Source of the DNA: Escherichia coli
Lineage (GTDB): Bacteria > Pseudomonadota > Gammaproteobacteria > Enterobacterales > Enterobacteriaceae
Length of the DNA: 64,000 nt
Direction: 5' to 3' (one strand)
Assembly: GCF_024298765.1 (NCBI RefSeq)
Contig: NZ_CP101210.1
Positions 1-11,684 of the stretch are shown here, piece after piece; the stretch's first letter is position 1; every line of letters starts with the position of its first letter. The notes under the pieces were generated by a model. That model was not told the origin of the DNA. It saw only the letters and a list, made by a program, of their open reading frames with translations, and ran no database searches. The translations under genes were made by a program, and so were the position numbers.

Positions 1-326
1 CGATCGGCTTCTACCGTACCAGGGTTCGCTTCCATAGTAATTTCTGCATCCGCTGCCAGCGGCAAACGCGCACGCACGCCGTCCAGCAGCGTTTGCATCG
101 CCGGGCCGGAAAGCAGGCTCGGCGTACCACCGCCAATAAAGATTGTCTTTACTTCACGGCCCTGAGCGTAAGCCACATCGTTGTCCAGATCGTTAAGCAG
201 ATGCTGAACATAATCGTCGTGCGGCACTTCTCCTTTCAACGCGTGAGAGTTGAAATCGCAGTACGGGCATTTCTGTACGCACCACGGGATGTGAATGTAG
301 AGACTCAGCGGCGGTAATTTAACCAT
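1..326 (-). CDS. hemW: Radical SAM heme chaperone HemW (YggW), N-terminal part; gene runs off the left edge of the window
   Basis: Reverse-strand translation from ATG at 326 reads [28 protein letters not shown] with the CxxxCxxC radical-SAM motif; start overlaps the rdgB stop by 8 nt. Not in ORF track because it is truncated. Confidence 0.85.
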   Translation of the reverse strand, partial: MVKLPPLSLYIHIPWCVQKCPYCDFNSHALKGEVPHDDYVQHLLNDLDNDVAYAQGREVKTIFIGGGTPSLLSGPAMQTLLDGVRARLPLAADAEITMEANPGTVEAD

Positions 327-912
327 TACGTAAAGCGTCCAGCAGCAGTTTCAACGCCTGACCACGGTGGGAAATGGCGCTCTTTTCTTCGCGGGTCAGT
401 TCGGCAGCGGTTTTCCCTTCGGAAGGAACGAAGAAAATTGGATCATAACCAAAGCCACCAGTACCCGCTGGTTCACGAGTAATCACACCCGGCCAGCTGC
501 CGTGGCACACCAGCGGAGTGGGATCTTCCGCGTGACGCAGATATACCAGCACGCAGTGGAAACGTGCCTGACGTTGGTCGTCCGGTACGTCTTTCAGTGT
601 TTCCAGCAATTTTTGCAGATTCTTTTGATCGGTCGCGTCTTCACCGGAATAACGCGCGGAGTAAATTCCCGGCGCACCGCCAAGTACATCTACCGCCAGA
701 CCGGAGTCGTCGGCAATTGCCGGTAAACCGGTCACTTTTGCCGCATGGCGCGCTTTCAGAATCGCGTTTTCGATAAAGGTCAGGCCGGTTTCTTCAGCGG
801 AATCTACGCCGAGGTCTGTTTGGGCCACGATATCAAGACCGAAGTCGCTAAGCAGCGACGCCAGCTCACGCACTTTACCGGCATTGCCGGTTGCGAGGAC
901 AACTTTTTGCAT
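319..912 (-). CDS. rdgB: dITP/XTP pyrophosphatase RdgB (197 aa)
   Basis: ORF 319..1008 contains [16 protein letters not shown]...; start trimmed to the internal Met giving 197 aa, matching recalled RdgB. Confidence 0.9.
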   Translation of the reverse strand: MQKVVLATGNAGKVRELASLLSDFGLDIVAQTDLGVDSAEETGLTFIENAILKARHAAKVTGLPAIADDSGLAVDVLGGAPGIYSARYSGEDATDQKNLQKLLETLKDVPDDQRQARFHCVLVYLRHAEDPTPLVCHGSWPGVITREPAGTGGFGYDPIFFVPSEGKTAAELTREEKSAISHRGQALKLLLDALRNG

Positions 913-919
913 AGGATAC

Positions 920-1210
920 CTAATTAAGTAACGCCGCGATTTCTGGCGGGATTTGTTGCGGATTAATGATTTTAATTTGTTTGTGGCGGCCAAGTTCGCC
1001 TTTTTCAATCACCACCTGGCTTTTGGCAACCCGGAATTGCTTACCGAGAAACTTCACCAGATGGCTGTTGGCCTGGCCGTCAACCGGCGGCGCGGTTATG
1101 GCGACTTTTACCTCGTCGCCATGTAAACCGACAATAGAATCACGGCTGGCTTTCGGCTGAATATAGAGCCGTAAAACCAGACCGTCATCATTAATTGTTA
1201 CGGCACTCAT
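920..1210 (-). CDS. yggU: DUF167 protein YggU (96 aa)
   Basis: ORF 920..1222; start placed at the Met of [10 protein letters not shown]..., which forms an ATGA overlap with the yggT stop. The 100-aa alternative start at 1222 is possible. Confidence 0.75.
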   Translation of the reverse strand: MSAVTINDDGLVLRLYIQPKASRDSIVGLHGDEVKVAITAPPVDGQANSHLVKFLGKQFRVAKSQVVIEKGELGRHKQIKIINPQQIPPEIAALLN

Positions 1211-1773
1211 AACGCCATCCACAGCCCCGGCAGCAGCATGTTTCCGGTTGCCTGTAATACTTCTGCGACACCCATATTGATGACATACAACAGCAGAACG
1301 AGGATCATCGGCGAGAAATCAATCCCACCCATTGCCGGTAGCAGGCGGCGAATCGGGCGCAGCAGCGGATCGGCCAGCTGAATCAGCACGTATTCAATCG
1401 GGCTACGCCCCTGGCTTACCCAGCTCATAATCGCCATCACCAGCAGGACCCAGAAAATCAGCAGGCCGATGGTTTTCAGCAGAATCAGTAAACCGGCAAT
1501 CCAAATGATTGGCAGAAAGGTCACCACTTTAAACAGCACGATGGCTTTGATGAAACTGAGAATGTACGCAACCAGCAGTGAGGCGCTGTCAATGGGCCCC
1601 ATTGCCGGAATAACGCGGCGCAGTGGCCCGATAATTGGCTGCGTTACCTTCACTACAAACTGTGAGAAGGGGTTGTAAAAATCACAATGAGCCCACTGCA
1701 TCCAGATGCGTAATAACAGCACCATGGTATACAGCTCAATGACCGTTGAAAGCAGGAAAGTCAACGTATTCAT
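1207..1773 (-). CDS. yggT: YggT family inner-membrane protein (188 aa)
   Basis: ORF 1207..1773; hydrophobic multi-TM translation; position between yggS and yggU. Confidence 0.9.
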
Positions 1774-1790
1774 GGCGTTCCTTTAATTCC

Positions 1791-2495
1791 TTATTTTTTA
1801 GAGTAATCACGCGCACCAAAAATTGCAGTGCCGATACGAACCATCGTGCTACCTGCCGCAATGGCGGCTTCCATATCGTCCGACATTCCCAGAGAGAGCG
1901 TGTCGATATGCGGGTAGCGTGTTTTCAGTCCGGCAAATGCTACAGCCATTTGGCGTGCAACTTCAAACTGCCTTACATATTCTGACTCAGGTGCAGGGAT
2001 TGCCATCAGCCCGCGCAGACGTAAACGCGGTAGTTCAGCGACCGCAGCTGCCAGCTCGTCCAGTTCAGCCAGTTGAATCCCGGACTTACTGTTTTCATCA
2101 CTAATATTAATTTGAATCAGTACGTTAAGAGGGGGAAGTTCTGCCGGGCGCTGATCGTTGAGGCGGGTAGCAATGCGCAAACGGTCGATGGTATGACACC
2201 AGTCGAAATGCTCTGCCACCAGGCGGCTTTTATTAGACTGCAACGGGCCAATAAAATGCCATTCTAATCCTGTTACGCCCAGTTCCTGAAAGTGGCGAAT
2301 TTTATCTACCCCTTCCTGAACGTAGTTTTCACCAAATTGACGCTGCCCGGCATCAATGGCTTCTGCGATGGCGCTCGCAGGTTTTGTTTTACTGACTGCA
2401 AGCAGCGTAATTTCTTCTGGAGAACGGCCGCAACGCGTTGCAGCCGCTGAGATTTTGTCCCGGACCTGTGCCAGGTTATGCGCAATATCGTTCAT
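1791..2495 (-). CDS. yggS: PLP-homeostasis protein YggS (234 aa)
   Basis: ORF 1791..2495; translation MNDIAHNLAQVRDKI...LAVSKTKP matches recalled YggS. Confidence 0.9.
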   Translation of the reverse strand: MNDIAHNLAQVRDKISAAATRCGRSPEEITLLAVSKTKPASAIAEAIDAGQRQFGENYVQEGVDKIRHFQELGVTGLEWHFIGPLQSNKSRLVAEHFDWCHTIDRLRIATRLNDQRPAELPPLNVLIQINISDENSKSGIQLAELDELAAAVAELPRLRLRGLMAIPAPESEYVRQFEVARQMAVAFAGLKTRYPHIDTLSLGMSDDMEAAIAAGSTMVRIGTAIFGARDYSKK

Positions 2496-2512
2496 TTTCC
2501 GAGGATCTTAGT

Positions 2513-3493
2513 ATGAATATGGAAGAAATTGTGGCCCTTAGTGTAAAGCATAACGTCTCGGATCTACACCTGTGCAGCGCCTGGCCCGCACGATGGCGTA
2601 TTCGCGGGCGAATGGAAGCTGCGCCGTTTGATGCGCCGGACGTCGAAGAGCTACTGCGGGAGTGGCTGGATGACGATCAGCGGGCAATATTGCTGGAGAA
2701 TGGTCAGCTGGATTTTGCCGTGTCGCTGGCGGAAAACCAGCGATTGCGTGGCAGTGCGTTCGCGCAACGGCAAGGCATTTCGCTGGCGTTACGGCTGTTA
2801 CCTTCGCACTGCCCGCAGCTCGAACAGCTTGGCGCACCAGCGGTATTGCCGGAATTACTCAAGAGCGAGAATGGCCTGATTCTGGTGACGGGGGCGACGG
2901 GGAGTGGCAAATCTACCACGCTGGCGGCGATGGTTGGCTATCTCAATCAACATGCCGATGCGCATATTCTGACGCTGGAAGATCCTGTCGAATATCTCTA
3001 TGCAAGCCAGCGATGTTTGATCCAGCAGCGGGAAATCGGTTTGCATTGTATGACGTTCGCATCGGGATTGCGGGCTGCATTGCGGGAAGATCCTGATGTG
3101 ATTTTGCTCGGAGAGCTGCGTGACAGCGAGACAATCCGTCTGGCGCTGACGGCGGCAGAAACCGGGCATTTGGTGCTGGCAACATTACATACGCGTGGTG
3201 CGGCGCAGGCAGTTGAGCGACTGGTAGATTCATTTCCGGCGCAGGAAAAAGATCCCGTGCGTAATCAACTGGCAGGTAGTTTACGGGCGGTGTTGTCACA
3301 AAAGCTGGAAGTGGATAAACAGGAAGGACGCGTGGCGTTGTTTGAATTGCTGATTAACACACCCGCGGTGGGGAATTTGATTCGTGAAGGGAAAACCCAC
3401 CAGTTACCGCATGTTATTCAAACCGGGCAGCAGGTGGGGATGATAACGTTTCAGCAGAGTTATCAGCAGCGGGTGAAAGAAGGGCGCTTGTGA
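2513..3493 (+). CDS. yggR: PilT-like type IV pilus retraction ATPase homologue YggR (326 aa)
   Basis: ORF 2438..3493 trimmed to MNMEEIVALSV; Walker A GATGSGKST present; divergent from yggS. Confidence 0.85.
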   Translation: MNMEEIVALSVKHNVSDLHLCSAWPARWRIRGRMEAAPFDAPDVEELLREWLDDDQRAILLENGQLDFAVSLAENQRLRGSAFAQRQGISLALRLLPSHCPQLEQLGAPAVLPELLKSENGLILVTGATGSGKSTTLAAMVGYLNQHADAHILTLEDPVEYLYASQRCLIQQREIGLHCMTFASGLRAALREDPDVILLGELRDSETIRLALTAAETGHLVLATLHTRGAAQAVERLVDSFPAQEKDPVRNQLAGSLRAVLSQKLEVDKQEGRVALFELLINTPAVGNLIREGKTHQLPHVIQTGQQVGMITFQQSYQQRVKEGRL

Positions 3494-3524
3494 CGTTGCT
3501 GTGTCTGATACGAATTGTAAATAT

Positions 3525-3620
3525 GCCCGATGCGCAAGCTTATCGGGCCTACAAGGGAAGCGTAACTTTGAATTCGCACTCACTGTAGGTTGGATAAGGC
3601 GTTTACGCCGCATCCAACAT
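3525..3620. repeat. REP/BIME-type palindromic repeat pair in the yggR-ruvX spacer
   Basis: gcccgatgcgcaagcttatcgggcctaca and gtaggttggataaggcgtttacgccgcatccaaca resemble enterobacterial REP palindromic units. Confidence 0.55.
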
Positions 3621-3666
3621 GAAACAACGAGCACATTGTCAGAAATCTGTGCGCTAGTAAATCGCC

Positions 3667-4083
3667 TTAATATCCCTGCTCGAAATAACTTTCGAGAATG
3701 ATAACCGCAGAGGCAGAGTCAACTTTGCCTTTGTTGAGCGCCCGATAGCCGCCCTGTTCAAACAGACCGGAACGTGCTTCTACGGTGCTAAGACGTTCGT
3801 CATGGAGCTTTACTTCAACACCGAAACGGCCATGAATACGGTTGGCAAATTTACGCGCTCTGGCAGTCAATGGTTGCTCGGTGCCGTCCATATTCAGCGG
3901 CAAACCGACGATGATTTCGTCCGGCTGCCACTCTTTCAGTAAACGTTCGATGAGGTTCCAGTCCGGCGTACCGTCCTGTGCTTTAATTGCAGGCAAAGGG
4001 CGAGCGGTGCCGGTAATGCGTTGGCCGACCGCTACGCCAATGCTTTTGGTGCCGAAGTCGAAGGCGAGTAAGGTTCCACTCAT
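3667..4083 (-). CDS. ruvX: Holliday-junction resolvase-like / pre-16S rRNA nuclease RuvX (YqgF, 138 aa)
   Basis: ORF 3667..4209 trimmed to [20 protein letters not shown]; ATGA overlap with the yqgE stop. Confidence 0.9.
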
Positions 4084-4646
4084 CAGGCGTGCCCTGCCAC
4101 ACCAGGCATGGTGAGAATATCCACACCAATCAGTTTTGCCGCCTCGCGCCAGCGGTCGGCAATCGGCGTTTTGAACAGAATATTCAGATCTGCCGGGGCC
4201 GTTAGCCATGCGTTATCGAGAATTTCTTGTTCCAGTTGGCCTTTCTCCCAGGAGGAGTAACCCAGCGCGACCAGAACATCGGCTGGCTGCTTAGGAGTTC
4301 CTATCGTTTCCAGGACATCGCGGGAAGTGGTCACCACAGTGTTATCAGAAATACGGATGCTGGAGGCAAAGCGTGACGGCGGGGTATGCAAAATAAACCC
4401 ACGATCTTCTGCCAGCGGGCCACCAAGCATAACGGGCTTATCCAGACGAATGGCAGGATCGCGCGGTTCTGGCGTAATTTTTAACTTTTCCAGAATTCCT
4501 TCGACCTGCAGATTTTCCAGCGGCTTATTAATAATCAGCCCCATTGCGCCATCGGGATTATGCTCGCAAATGTAAACAACTGAGCGGCGGAAAAGCGGAT
4601 CCTGGAGAGCAGGCATGGCAATAAGAAAGTGATGCTGTAAATTCAT
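4083..4646 (-). CDS. yqgE: UPF0301/DUF179 protein YqgE (187 aa)
   Basis: ORF 4083..4718 trimmed to [17 protein letters not shown]. Confidence 0.85.
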
Positions 4647-4754
4647 TGTCAGAGGTTCTGTTTCCTGGTTCAAAAAAGCAACAGCGCCCAGTATGCGGGG
4701 AAAGATGGGCGCTGTCACTCTTAGTCTTTATGGGCTCCGTCCCGCGGAGGTTAT

Positions 4755-5705
4755 TTAAGATTTCTGCAAACGTGCTTCGATGGCATCCATTAACATTCCG
4801 GTGATCGATACCGGAAATTCCGCCTCGATCTCACGAACGCAGGTTGGGCTGGTAACATTAATTTCGGTCAGACGATCACCAATGATATCCAGCCCCACAA
4901 AGATTAGCCCTTTGGCTTTTAGCGTAGGGCCAACACGGCGGGCAATTTCCCAGTCGCTTTCCGTCAGTGGACGTGGTTCCCCACGACCACCGGCAGCCAG
5001 GTTACCACGGGTTTCGCCCCCCTGCGGAATACGCGCCAGGCAATACGGCACCGGCTCGCCATCCACTACCAGCACGCGTTTGTCGCCATCTTTAATGGCT
5101 GGCAGGTAATTTTGCGCCATGCAGTAGCGAGTGCCATGCTCAGTCAGGGTTTCGGCAATCACGCCGAGGTTTGGATCACCTTCTTTCACGCGGAAAATCG
5201 ACGCGCCGCCCATACCGTCCAGCGGCTTAAGAATGATGTCGCTGTGTTTTTCCCAGAAAGCTTTTAGCTGCGCTTTATTGCGTGTGACCAGCGTTTCTGG
5301 TGTTAAGTCAGAGAACCAGGCAGTGAACAGTTTTTCGTTACAATCGCGCAGGCTCTGCGGCTTGTTAACGATCAGCGTCCCTTTATCTTCGGCACGTTCC
5401 AGAATATAGGTCGCGTAGATAAACTCGGTATCAAACGGCGGGTCTTTACGCATCAGGATCACATCGAGATCGGCCAGCGGCAGATCCTGCTCACCCGTGA
5501 ACTCGTACCATTTATCGTAGTTCTGTTCGACGCTCAAAGTACGGGTACGAGCGCGAGCCTCACCATTGATCAAATAGAGATCGGCCATCTCCATATAGTG
5601 AAGTTCGTAACCACGACGCTGTGCTTCCAGCAACATAGCGAAACTGGAATCTTTCTTGATGTTGATGTTTGCGATGGGGTCCATCACGATGCCGAGCTTG
5701 ATCAT
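4755..5705 (-). CDS. gshB: Glutathione synthetase GshB (316 aa)
   Basis: ORF 4755..5705; translation MIKLGIVMDPIANINIKKDSSF... matches recalled GshB. Confidence 0.95.
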   Translation of the reverse strand: MIKLGIVMDPIANINIKKDSSFAMLLEAQRRGYELHYMEMADLYLINGEARARTRTLSVEQNYDKWYEFTGEQDLPLADLDVILMRKDPPFDTEFIYATYILERAEDKGTLIVNKPQSLRDCNEKLFTAWFSDLTPETLVTRNKAQLKAFWEKHSDIILKPLDGMGGASIFRVKEGDPNLGVIAETLTEHGTRYCMAQNYLPAIKDGDKRVLVVDGEPVPYCLARIPQGGETRGNLAAGGRGEPRPLTESDWEIARRVGPTLKAKGLIFVGLDIIGDRLTEINVTSPTCVREIEAEFPVSITGMLMDAIEARLQKS

Positions 5706-5717
5706 TATTCTTCTCCG

Positions 5718-6449
5718 TTAGCCCAAATCGCCAAAACGCACTTGTAGCGCGGTAATGGCGGTGAGCGCAGTTGTCTCAGTACGCAAAACGCGAGGTCCCA
5801 ACAGGATATCAGTAAATTGATAGCGGGCAGTCATGGCAATTTCATCTGCCGATAAACCGCCTTCCGGGCCAATCAGCAGGCGGACGCGTTCGACCGGTAA
5901 CGGCAACGTATTGATGCTGTTACTGGCGCGCGGGTGAAGATTCAGTTTCAGTCCTTCATCCTGCTCTGCACACCAGGCTTCCAGATCCATCGCTGGACGG
6001 ATTTCCGGCACCCGGTTACGGCCACACTGCTCACAGGCAGCAATTGCAATCTTCTGCCACTGCTGGAGCTTCTTGTTCAGACGTTCACTATCCAGTTTAA
6101 CGCCGCAGCGCTCAGAAAAAAGTGGCGTAATGAGGCTTACACCGAGTTCGATCGATTTCTGGATAGTAAATTCCATTTTTTCACCACGCGACATCACCTG
6201 ACCGAGGTGAATATGCAGCGGAGATTCACGATCGTCGAGTTGGCCTTCCAGCACTTTCACTTCCACGCTTTTTTTACTGGCGCTGGTAATTTCGGCGTCA
6301 AAGACCTGGTTGCTGCCGTCAAACAATTGCAACGCCTGTCCCGGCCCCATGCGCAGTACGCGCCCGATATGGTTGGCGGCATCTTCGCAAAGCGCGATGT
6401 GAGAATGGCTGGTTAGTGGTTCAGGATGATAAATGCGGGGGATACGCAT
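5718..6449 (-). CDS. rsmE: 16S rRNA m3U1498 methyltransferase RsmE (243 aa)
   Basis: ORF 5718..6476 trimmed to [12 protein letters not shown]. Confidence 0.85.
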   Translation of the reverse strand: MRIPRIYHPEPLTSHSHIALCEDAANHIGRVLRMGPGQALQLFDGSNQVFDAEITSASKKSVEVKVLEGQLDDRESPLHIHLGQVMSRGEKMEFTIQKSIELGVSLITPLFSERCGVKLDSERLNKKLQQWQKIAIAACEQCGRNRVPEIRPAMDLEAWCAEQDEGLKLNLHPRASNSINTLPLPVERVRLLIGPEGGLSADEIAMTARYQFTDILLGPRVLRTETTALTAITALQVRFGDLG

Positions 6450-6528
6450 AGTTAAAAATCCGCGTCGTCTCCCCACGCGGTTGTACGCGTGGGGTAGGGG
6501 TTAACAAAAAGAATCCCGCTAGTGTAGG

Positions 6529-7236
6529 TTAGCTCTTTCGCGCCTGGCAAGCGCGTTGCACATACGGGTTATGATTGCCCTGCACCTTCGCGATGCGTTC
6601 ATCACGCTCGCACTCCCAGTCGGTAACTGGATACATCTTGTCCCATGCGTTGAACAGCTGCGTTTGCTGACGAGAGAGTGTCAGGTTGTATTGGTCACGC
6701 ATATAGAAGTAGGTGCGCGCAATGGCACCGCGTGCACGCGCTGGTGGCTCGGCAACTTTTTCTTTGAAATCGACCTTCATGGCGCATTGACCGTACTGGC
6801 CTTCACCGCCATTCCACTGGCTGTACATAAAGTTGCCGCGATCGCCATTCACCTCACCGACTGACGGCTGCAGGTTATGCATATCGCTTTCCATCTTGCG
6901 ATAGACCGGATCTTTGGCGCAATTTTTACGTCCACCGTCCTGCCAGCACTGGCGCTGGTGACCGAATTGCCAGGCAGGAACGACGTGTTCCCACTCTACG
7001 CGGCTGGCACGGTTTTCATTTTTTCGCACCTGATAGCCGCACGATTGCAGATCAACAACGCCTTTTTTGCCCTGCCAGTTAATTTTACATCCGCAATAAA
7101 ACGTACCGGGCGCGTCAGCGTGGACTTTTACCGCTGCGGCTTTCGCCTGAGAAAAACTATTGATACCTTCGGCCAACGCCGGGCCGGAAAATGCTGCGCT
7201 CAGTACCACCGCAGCAATAGACAAATAACGGTACAT
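6529..7236 (-). CDS. endA: Periplasmic endonuclease I EndA (235 aa)
   Basis: ORF 6529..7239; signal peptide followed by the conserved endonuclease I sequence. Confidence 0.9.
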   Translation of the reverse strand: MYRYLSIAAVVLSAAFSGPALAEGINSFSQAKAAAVKVHADAPGTFYCGCKINWQGKKGVVDLQSCGYQVRKNENRASRVEWEHVVPAWQFGHQRQCWQDGGRKNCAKDPVYRKMESDMHNLQPSVGEVNGDRGNFMYSQWNGGEGQYGQCAMKVDFKEKVAEPPARARGAIARTYFYMRDQYNLTLSRQQTQLFNAWDKMYPVTDWECERDERIAKVQGNHNPYVQRACQARKS

Positions 7237-7330
7237 CACTTACTCCGTGTTAAAACGAGCCAGCAACGTAGCGAAAGTTGTTTTGGTATGCAATCAGCCA
7301 GATCAGGAAAGTTCCTGATAGTTCAGGTGG

Positions 7331-7828
7331 TTATTTCGCAACCAGCTGTTCGCCGCAGTGAACACAGCGATAGACGGCTTCGCCACGAACTACGCGATTA
7401 TGGCGGCGTACGGTAAGCTGATGTTCCTGGCACTTACAGCGGTAGGGGAAGGTGTTGCGGCGCACGGATTGCAGTTCAAACTGATGCGTACGACGGGCGG
7501 GAACGCCCAGCACGCTTTCCATCATCCACTTCCACTCTTTGCCATGTGGTGCTACGCGGCCGAAATGTTTCCATACCAGCAAATGTGCCAGTTCGTGCGG
7601 CACCACTTCTTCAATAAAGGCTTCACTGTTTTCCAACAGCAAAACGGGATTGAGGCGAATTTCATAGCTTTCCAGCCAGGCTGTTCCGGCAGAGGTTCCG
7701 CGCTGGGTGTAAGAGAGTTTTGGCTCCGGGTAGTTACGCCCTAGCTTCAGGTTCGCCTGGGCGAGTTTTTCCCGCAGGCGACGCATAACGGCCTGTTGGA
7801 GGGCGATAGGGAGACGGGATGTTTTCAT
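7331..7828 (-). CDS. sprT: SprT-like zinc metalloprotease-fold protein (165 aa)
   Basis: ORF 7331..7882 trimmed to [14 protein letters not shown]; HELAH motif and C-terminal Cys pairs. Confidence 0.85.
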   Translation of the reverse strand: MKTSRLPIALQQAVMRRLREKLAQANLKLGRNYPEPKLSYTQRGTSAGTAWLESYEIRLNPVLLLENSEAFIEEVVPHELAHLLVWKHFGRVAPHGKEWKWMMESVLGVPARRTHQFELQSVRRNTFPYRCKCQEHQLTVRRHNRVVRGEAVYRCVHCGEQLVAK

Positions 7829-7904
7829 AGCGGCAGAGGATAGAGCGAAGAAAAGATGACTGCAAGAGGTGGCTTCCTCCACGACGGGAGGAAGCCTGAG
7901 GAGA

Positions 7905-9299
7905 TTAATCGTGAGCGCCGATTTCGCGCAGTTTACGACCTTTCATCAGATTACGTTCAATATGTTCCAGCGAAACATGTTTGGTTTCCGGCACCAGCCA
8001 CAATGTCAGCAGGATAAACAGTACGTTCAGAGCCGCATACACCCAGAAGGTGTTGGCGTTACCCAGCGTGTTGAGCATGGTCAGGAACGTTGCGCCAACG
8101 ATCATGTTGGCAATCCAGTTGGTGGCGGTGGAGCAGGTGATGCCAAAATCGCGGCCTTTCAGCGGCTGAATTTCGGAGCACAGTACCCAAATCAGCGGAC
8201 CGGCACTCATGGCAAAGCCAACAATAAACATCAGCAGCATGGCGATGGCGAAATACTGCGCCGACGGAGAGTGGATACCGATATGCATCATTGTACCGAG
8301 TACGCCCATGCCAGCAGCCATCACCAGGAAGCCCAGCGTTAGCGTTGGTTTACGTCCCCAGCGGTCAACAAGGCCGATTGCGATAAAGGTGGCAAGTACG
8401 TTGGTCAGGCCGACAATCACTGTCCCCCACATTTGCTCGGTAGTGTTGGTATAACCCGCCAGTTCGAAGATTTTCGGCGCGTAATACATGATGACGTTCA
8501 TCCCGGTGAATTGCTGCATTACCTGCAACAGTACGCCAAGGAACACCGCGCGGCGGAAGTTGCTGTTCTCTTTAAACAGCGCCCAGCCACTCTGTTTAAC
8601 CTGCAAACTTTCACGGATTTCATCCAGTTCGTGTTTCGCTTCCGCGCTGGTGTCACGCAGGCGTAGCAGCACGCGTTCGGCATCAACAAAACGGCGTTTG
8701 GCGGCAAACCAACGTGGGCTGTCTGGCAGGAAGAAGACACCAATCAGCAGCAAAATTGCCGGGATGATAATCACACCCAGCATCCAGCGCCATGCACCGG
8801 TGTAGCTGAAGGCGGTATCAGAAAGATAAGCGCCGAGGATCCCGATAGTGATCATCAACTGATACATCGAGATCATACTGCCGCGAATTTTTTCCGGCGC
8901 AATTTCAGAGAGGTACAGCGGTGCGGTATAAGAGGCCACACCCACCGCCAGCCCCAGCAGAACGCGCGAAAGAATCAGTACTTCAACGTTTGGCGCAGCC
9001 GCAGAGAACAGTGAACCGGCAACAAACAGGATTGCGCCGATCATCAGGCTCTTTTTGCGCCCGAGTTTAAAGGAGAGCCAGCCGCTGCCCACCGCACCGA
9101 CTGCCGCACCGAACATCATGGAGCTTACGACCCATTCTTGCGTGTGCGAAGTAATCTGGAATTCATCTGCAATAAACGGCAGTGCGCCAGCAATTACACC
9201 GATATCCAGGCCAAAGAGTAATCCCGCCAGAGCAGCAAGGAAGCAGACGAAAAACGTCATTGCCTTGTTTGACCGCCCCTGTTTTTTAGCGTCAGGCAT
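7905..9299 (-). CDS. galP: Galactose:H+ symporter GalP (MFS, 464 aa)
   Basis: ORF 7905..9311 trimmed to [24 protein letters not shown]; 12-TM sugar porter. Confidence 0.9.
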   Translation of the reverse strand: MPDAKKQGRSNKAMTFFVCFLAALAGLLFGLDIGVIAGALPFIADEFQITSHTQEWVVSSMMFGAAVGAVGSGWLSFKLGRKKSLMIGAILFVAGSLFSAAAPNVEVLILSRVLLGLAVGVASYTAPLYLSEIAPEKIRGSMISMYQLMITIGILGAYLSDTAFSYTGAWRWMLGVIIIPAILLLIGVFFLPDSPRWFAAKRRFVDAERVLLRLRDTSAEAKHELDEIRESLQVKQSGWALFKENSNFRRAVFLGVLLQVMQQFTGMNVIMYYAPKIFELAGYTNTTEQMWGTVIVGLTNVLATFIAIGLVDRWGRKPTLTLGFLVMAAGMGVLGTMMHIGIHSPSAQYFAIAMLLMFIVGFAMSAGPLIWVLCSEIQPLKGRDFGITCSTATNWIANMIVGATFLTMLNTLGNANTFWVYAALNVLFILLTLWLVPETKHVSLEHIERNLMKGRKLREIGAHD

Positions 9300-9683
9300 G
9301 ATGCCCTCCAATATGGTTATTTTTTATTGTGAATTAAGATAGGTGAGTACGACGTAAAAAGATGTGAAGCAAATCACATCAGTGTAATCGCTTACACTAA
9401 CATTTATCTTGGTTATGATTTAAGTGCATGAAAATAATTGAGTTATATCATCATAGATTAAACGCTGTTATCTGCAATTAAGACTTTACTGAAAAGAAAT
9501 GTAACAACTGTGAAAACTGAATAATAATATGAAAATATTACAAATATTTGGCTGGTGTGGTTGGTGTAATCGGTTTCAGTAATGATGATAATTTGCGGTA
9601 AAACGTGTTGAGGAAGAATGATGTTATTGTGCGGGCGGTTTTTTTGCCGGATGCGGCGTGAATGTCTATCCACCGCGGTGAGG

Positions 9684-9714
9684 TAAAAGAAAAAGGCCAG
9701 CGCGAGGCTGGCCT
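9684..9714 (-). terminator. Rho-independent terminator of metK
   Basis: Minus-strand hairpin ggccagcctcgcgctggcc followed by a T-run, just 3' of the metK stop. Confidence 0.6.
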
Positions 9715-9735
9715 TTGAAAGCAGGTGAAGAAAGA

Positions 9736-10890
9736 TTACTTCAGACCGGCAGCATCGCGCAGCAGCTGCGCTTTGTCGGTTTTTTCCCACGGGAAATGTT
9801 CGCGACCAAAGTGACCGTATGCTGCGGTTTCTTTGTAGATCGGGTGCAGCAGATCCAGCATCTGAATCAGACCGTATGGACGCAGGTCAAAGAACTCACG
9901 TACCAGCAGAGTCAGTTGTTCAGAAGGCACTTTCTCGGTACCGAAAGTTTCCACCATGATGGAAGTCGGTTCAGCCACGCCAATTGCGTAGGAAACCTGA
10001 ATTTCACAACGATCGGCCAGGCCAGCAGCAACGATGTTTTTCGCGACATAACGTGCTGCGTACGCTGCGGAACGGTCCACTTTTGATGGATCTTTACCAG
10101 AGAATGCACCACCACCGTGACGTGCCATGCCGCCGTAGGTATCAACGATAATTTTACGACCAGTCAGACCGCAGTCACCCATCGGGCCACCGATAACAAA
10201 ACGACCGGTCGGGTTGATGAAGAATTTGGTGGCAGAAGTCAGCCATTCAGCGGGCAGAATCGGCTTGATGATCTCTTCCATTACCGCTTCTTGCAGCGAT
10301 TTCTGGTCGATCTCTTCAGAGTGCTGAGTGGAAAGCACGACAGCATCAATGCCAACGATTTTGCCGTCGTCATACTGGAAAGTCACCTGGCTTTTCGCGT
10401 CCGGGCGCAGCCACGGCAGAGTGCCGTTTTTACGCACTTCAGCCTGACGCTGTACCAGACGGTGTGCATAGGTGATAGGCGCTGGCATCAGCACGTCGGT
10501 TTCATTGGTTGCGTAGCCAAACATCAGACCCTGGTCACCCGCGCCCTGTTCCAGCGGATCGGCACGGTCAACGCCCTGGTTGATGTCAGGAGACTGTTTG
10601 CCGATAGCGCTCAGAACCGCACAGGAGTTAGCGTCAAAGCCCATGTCGGAATGCACATAGCCAATTTCGCGAACGGTGTTACGGGTGATCTCTTCGATGT
10701 CTACCCAGGCGCTGGTGGTGATTTCGCCGCCAACTAAAACCATGCCGGTTTTTACGTAGGTTTCGCAAGCAACGCGTGCTTTCGGATCCTGTTCGAGGAT
10801 CGCGTCTAAAACGGCATCAGAGATTTGGTCAGCAATTTTGTCAGGATGCCCTTCAGAGACGGACTCGGACGTAAAAAGGTGTTTTGCCAT
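9736..10890 (-). CDS. metK: S-adenosylmethionine synthetase MetK (384 aa)
   Basis: ORF 9736..10902 trimmed to [18 protein letters not shown]. Confidence 0.95.
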
Positions 10891-10930
10891 ATTTAATATC
10901 ACCTAAAGAGAATTTGGTTAGCTCAAACTG

Positions 10931-11197
10931 TTGTGTGGATTTTCTGTGGTAGCGGATCCTACCACGACTCTGCAGGTTAAAAACACTGGCAGTCTGAGTG
11001 TTAATCGGTATGGATGGATTAACATCTGGATGGCTATTTTAGGTCAATTCTTCACCCGATTTCCACTTTTTTTTGAATCGTGTCTCATTCTGTTAAAAAC
11101 GTGGCTGGAAATTTTTCCTGACAATGCTGGCATTCTGCGTATTTATCTTTTGCAATTTTCTGCCATTGTGGGGTATAAAACGCGGCGCGCGGCTTAA
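10931..11197 (+). CDS. yqgD: Small hypothetical ORF at the position of K-12 yqgD; coding status doubtful
   Basis: 88-aa ORF in the metK upstream region; position only, no recognisable domain. Confidence 0.25.
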   Translation: MCGFSVVADPTTTLQVKNTGSLSVNRYGWINIWMAILGQFFTRFPLFFESCLILLKTWLEIFPDNAGILRIYLLQFSAIVGYKTRRAA

Positions 11198-11409
11198 ATA
11201 AAAAGCACACGACGTTTCTTTCGTGTTGCCACTTCCAGCCGGGTTGAAAACAGAGTTTTGGCTTGTGGGTTCGTCTTAACAGGCGGCCGTGGAGGTGATA
11301 CGAAATAATGAACCGTTGTCTGCTGCTTAACCTGTCTCACCGTTCTGGTGAAGATTCGTTCCCCGCACTCTGCATCTCTGCTTTGCATACCTGCCGATGT
11401 TATACCCAT
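11194..11409 (-). CDS. yqgC: Small hypothetical ORF at the position of K-12 yqgC; coding status doubtful
   Basis: 71-aa ORF; position only. Confidence 0.25.
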   Translation of the reverse strand: MGITSAGMQSRDAECGERIFTRTVRQVKQQTTVHYFVSPPRPPVKTNPQAKTLFSTRLEVATRKKRRVLFI

Positions 11410-11544
11410 CTCGGCGCTTCTCAGGATTCAAGAGCTGGTTACAGCTACTGAGGACTGAACAAGGGCGCTCTTGTAAAAACAAGAGTTTTCTCGTGGTTTC
11501 GCCGAACTGTCACACTTACGTTCGGTTATGTGCTTAATAATGTT

Positions 11545-11676
11545 ATGAAAAAGAAACCGGTTGCGCAGTTGGAGCGTCAGCATTCACTGCTGGAAAATCC
11601 ATGTGCTTATGGGTTGTTATCGCAGTTCCAGGCTGCGATAGTCGTTAACTGTTTTACACTTAATAAAATAATTTGA
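11545..11676 (+). CDS. yqgB: Small protein YqgB (43 aa) just upstream of speA
   Basis: atgaaaaagaaaccggttgcgcag... translates [43 protein letters not shown], matching recalled YqgB; below the ORF-track size cut-off. Confidence 0.6.
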
Positions 11677-11684
11677 GGTTCGCT

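Noticed and set aside
319-1008. N-terminal extensions of ORF-track calls (rdgB 229 aa, ruvX 180 aa, loiP 325 aa, argP 367 aa, pepP 512 aa, gcvT 405 aa and others)
   Set aside because: The extensions run through upstream genes or spacers; internal Met codons with SD sequences give the lengths I recall for the known proteins.
6455-6500. Inverted repeat ccccacgcg...cgcgtgggg in the endA-rsmE spacer as a terminator
   Set aside because: The hairpin is real, but on the minus strand the T-run is about 13 nt away from the stem, so it is not a canonical intrinsic terminator; could be a protein-binding site or weak attenuator.
7868-7893. Inverted repeat ggcttcctccacgacgggaggaagcc between galP and sprT as a terminator
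   Set aside because: Strong stem but no adjacent U-tract on the galP strand; left uncalled.
9640-9670. REP element in the galP upstream region
   Set aside because: Only a half-site (gccggatgcggcgtgaa) without a clear palindromic partner.
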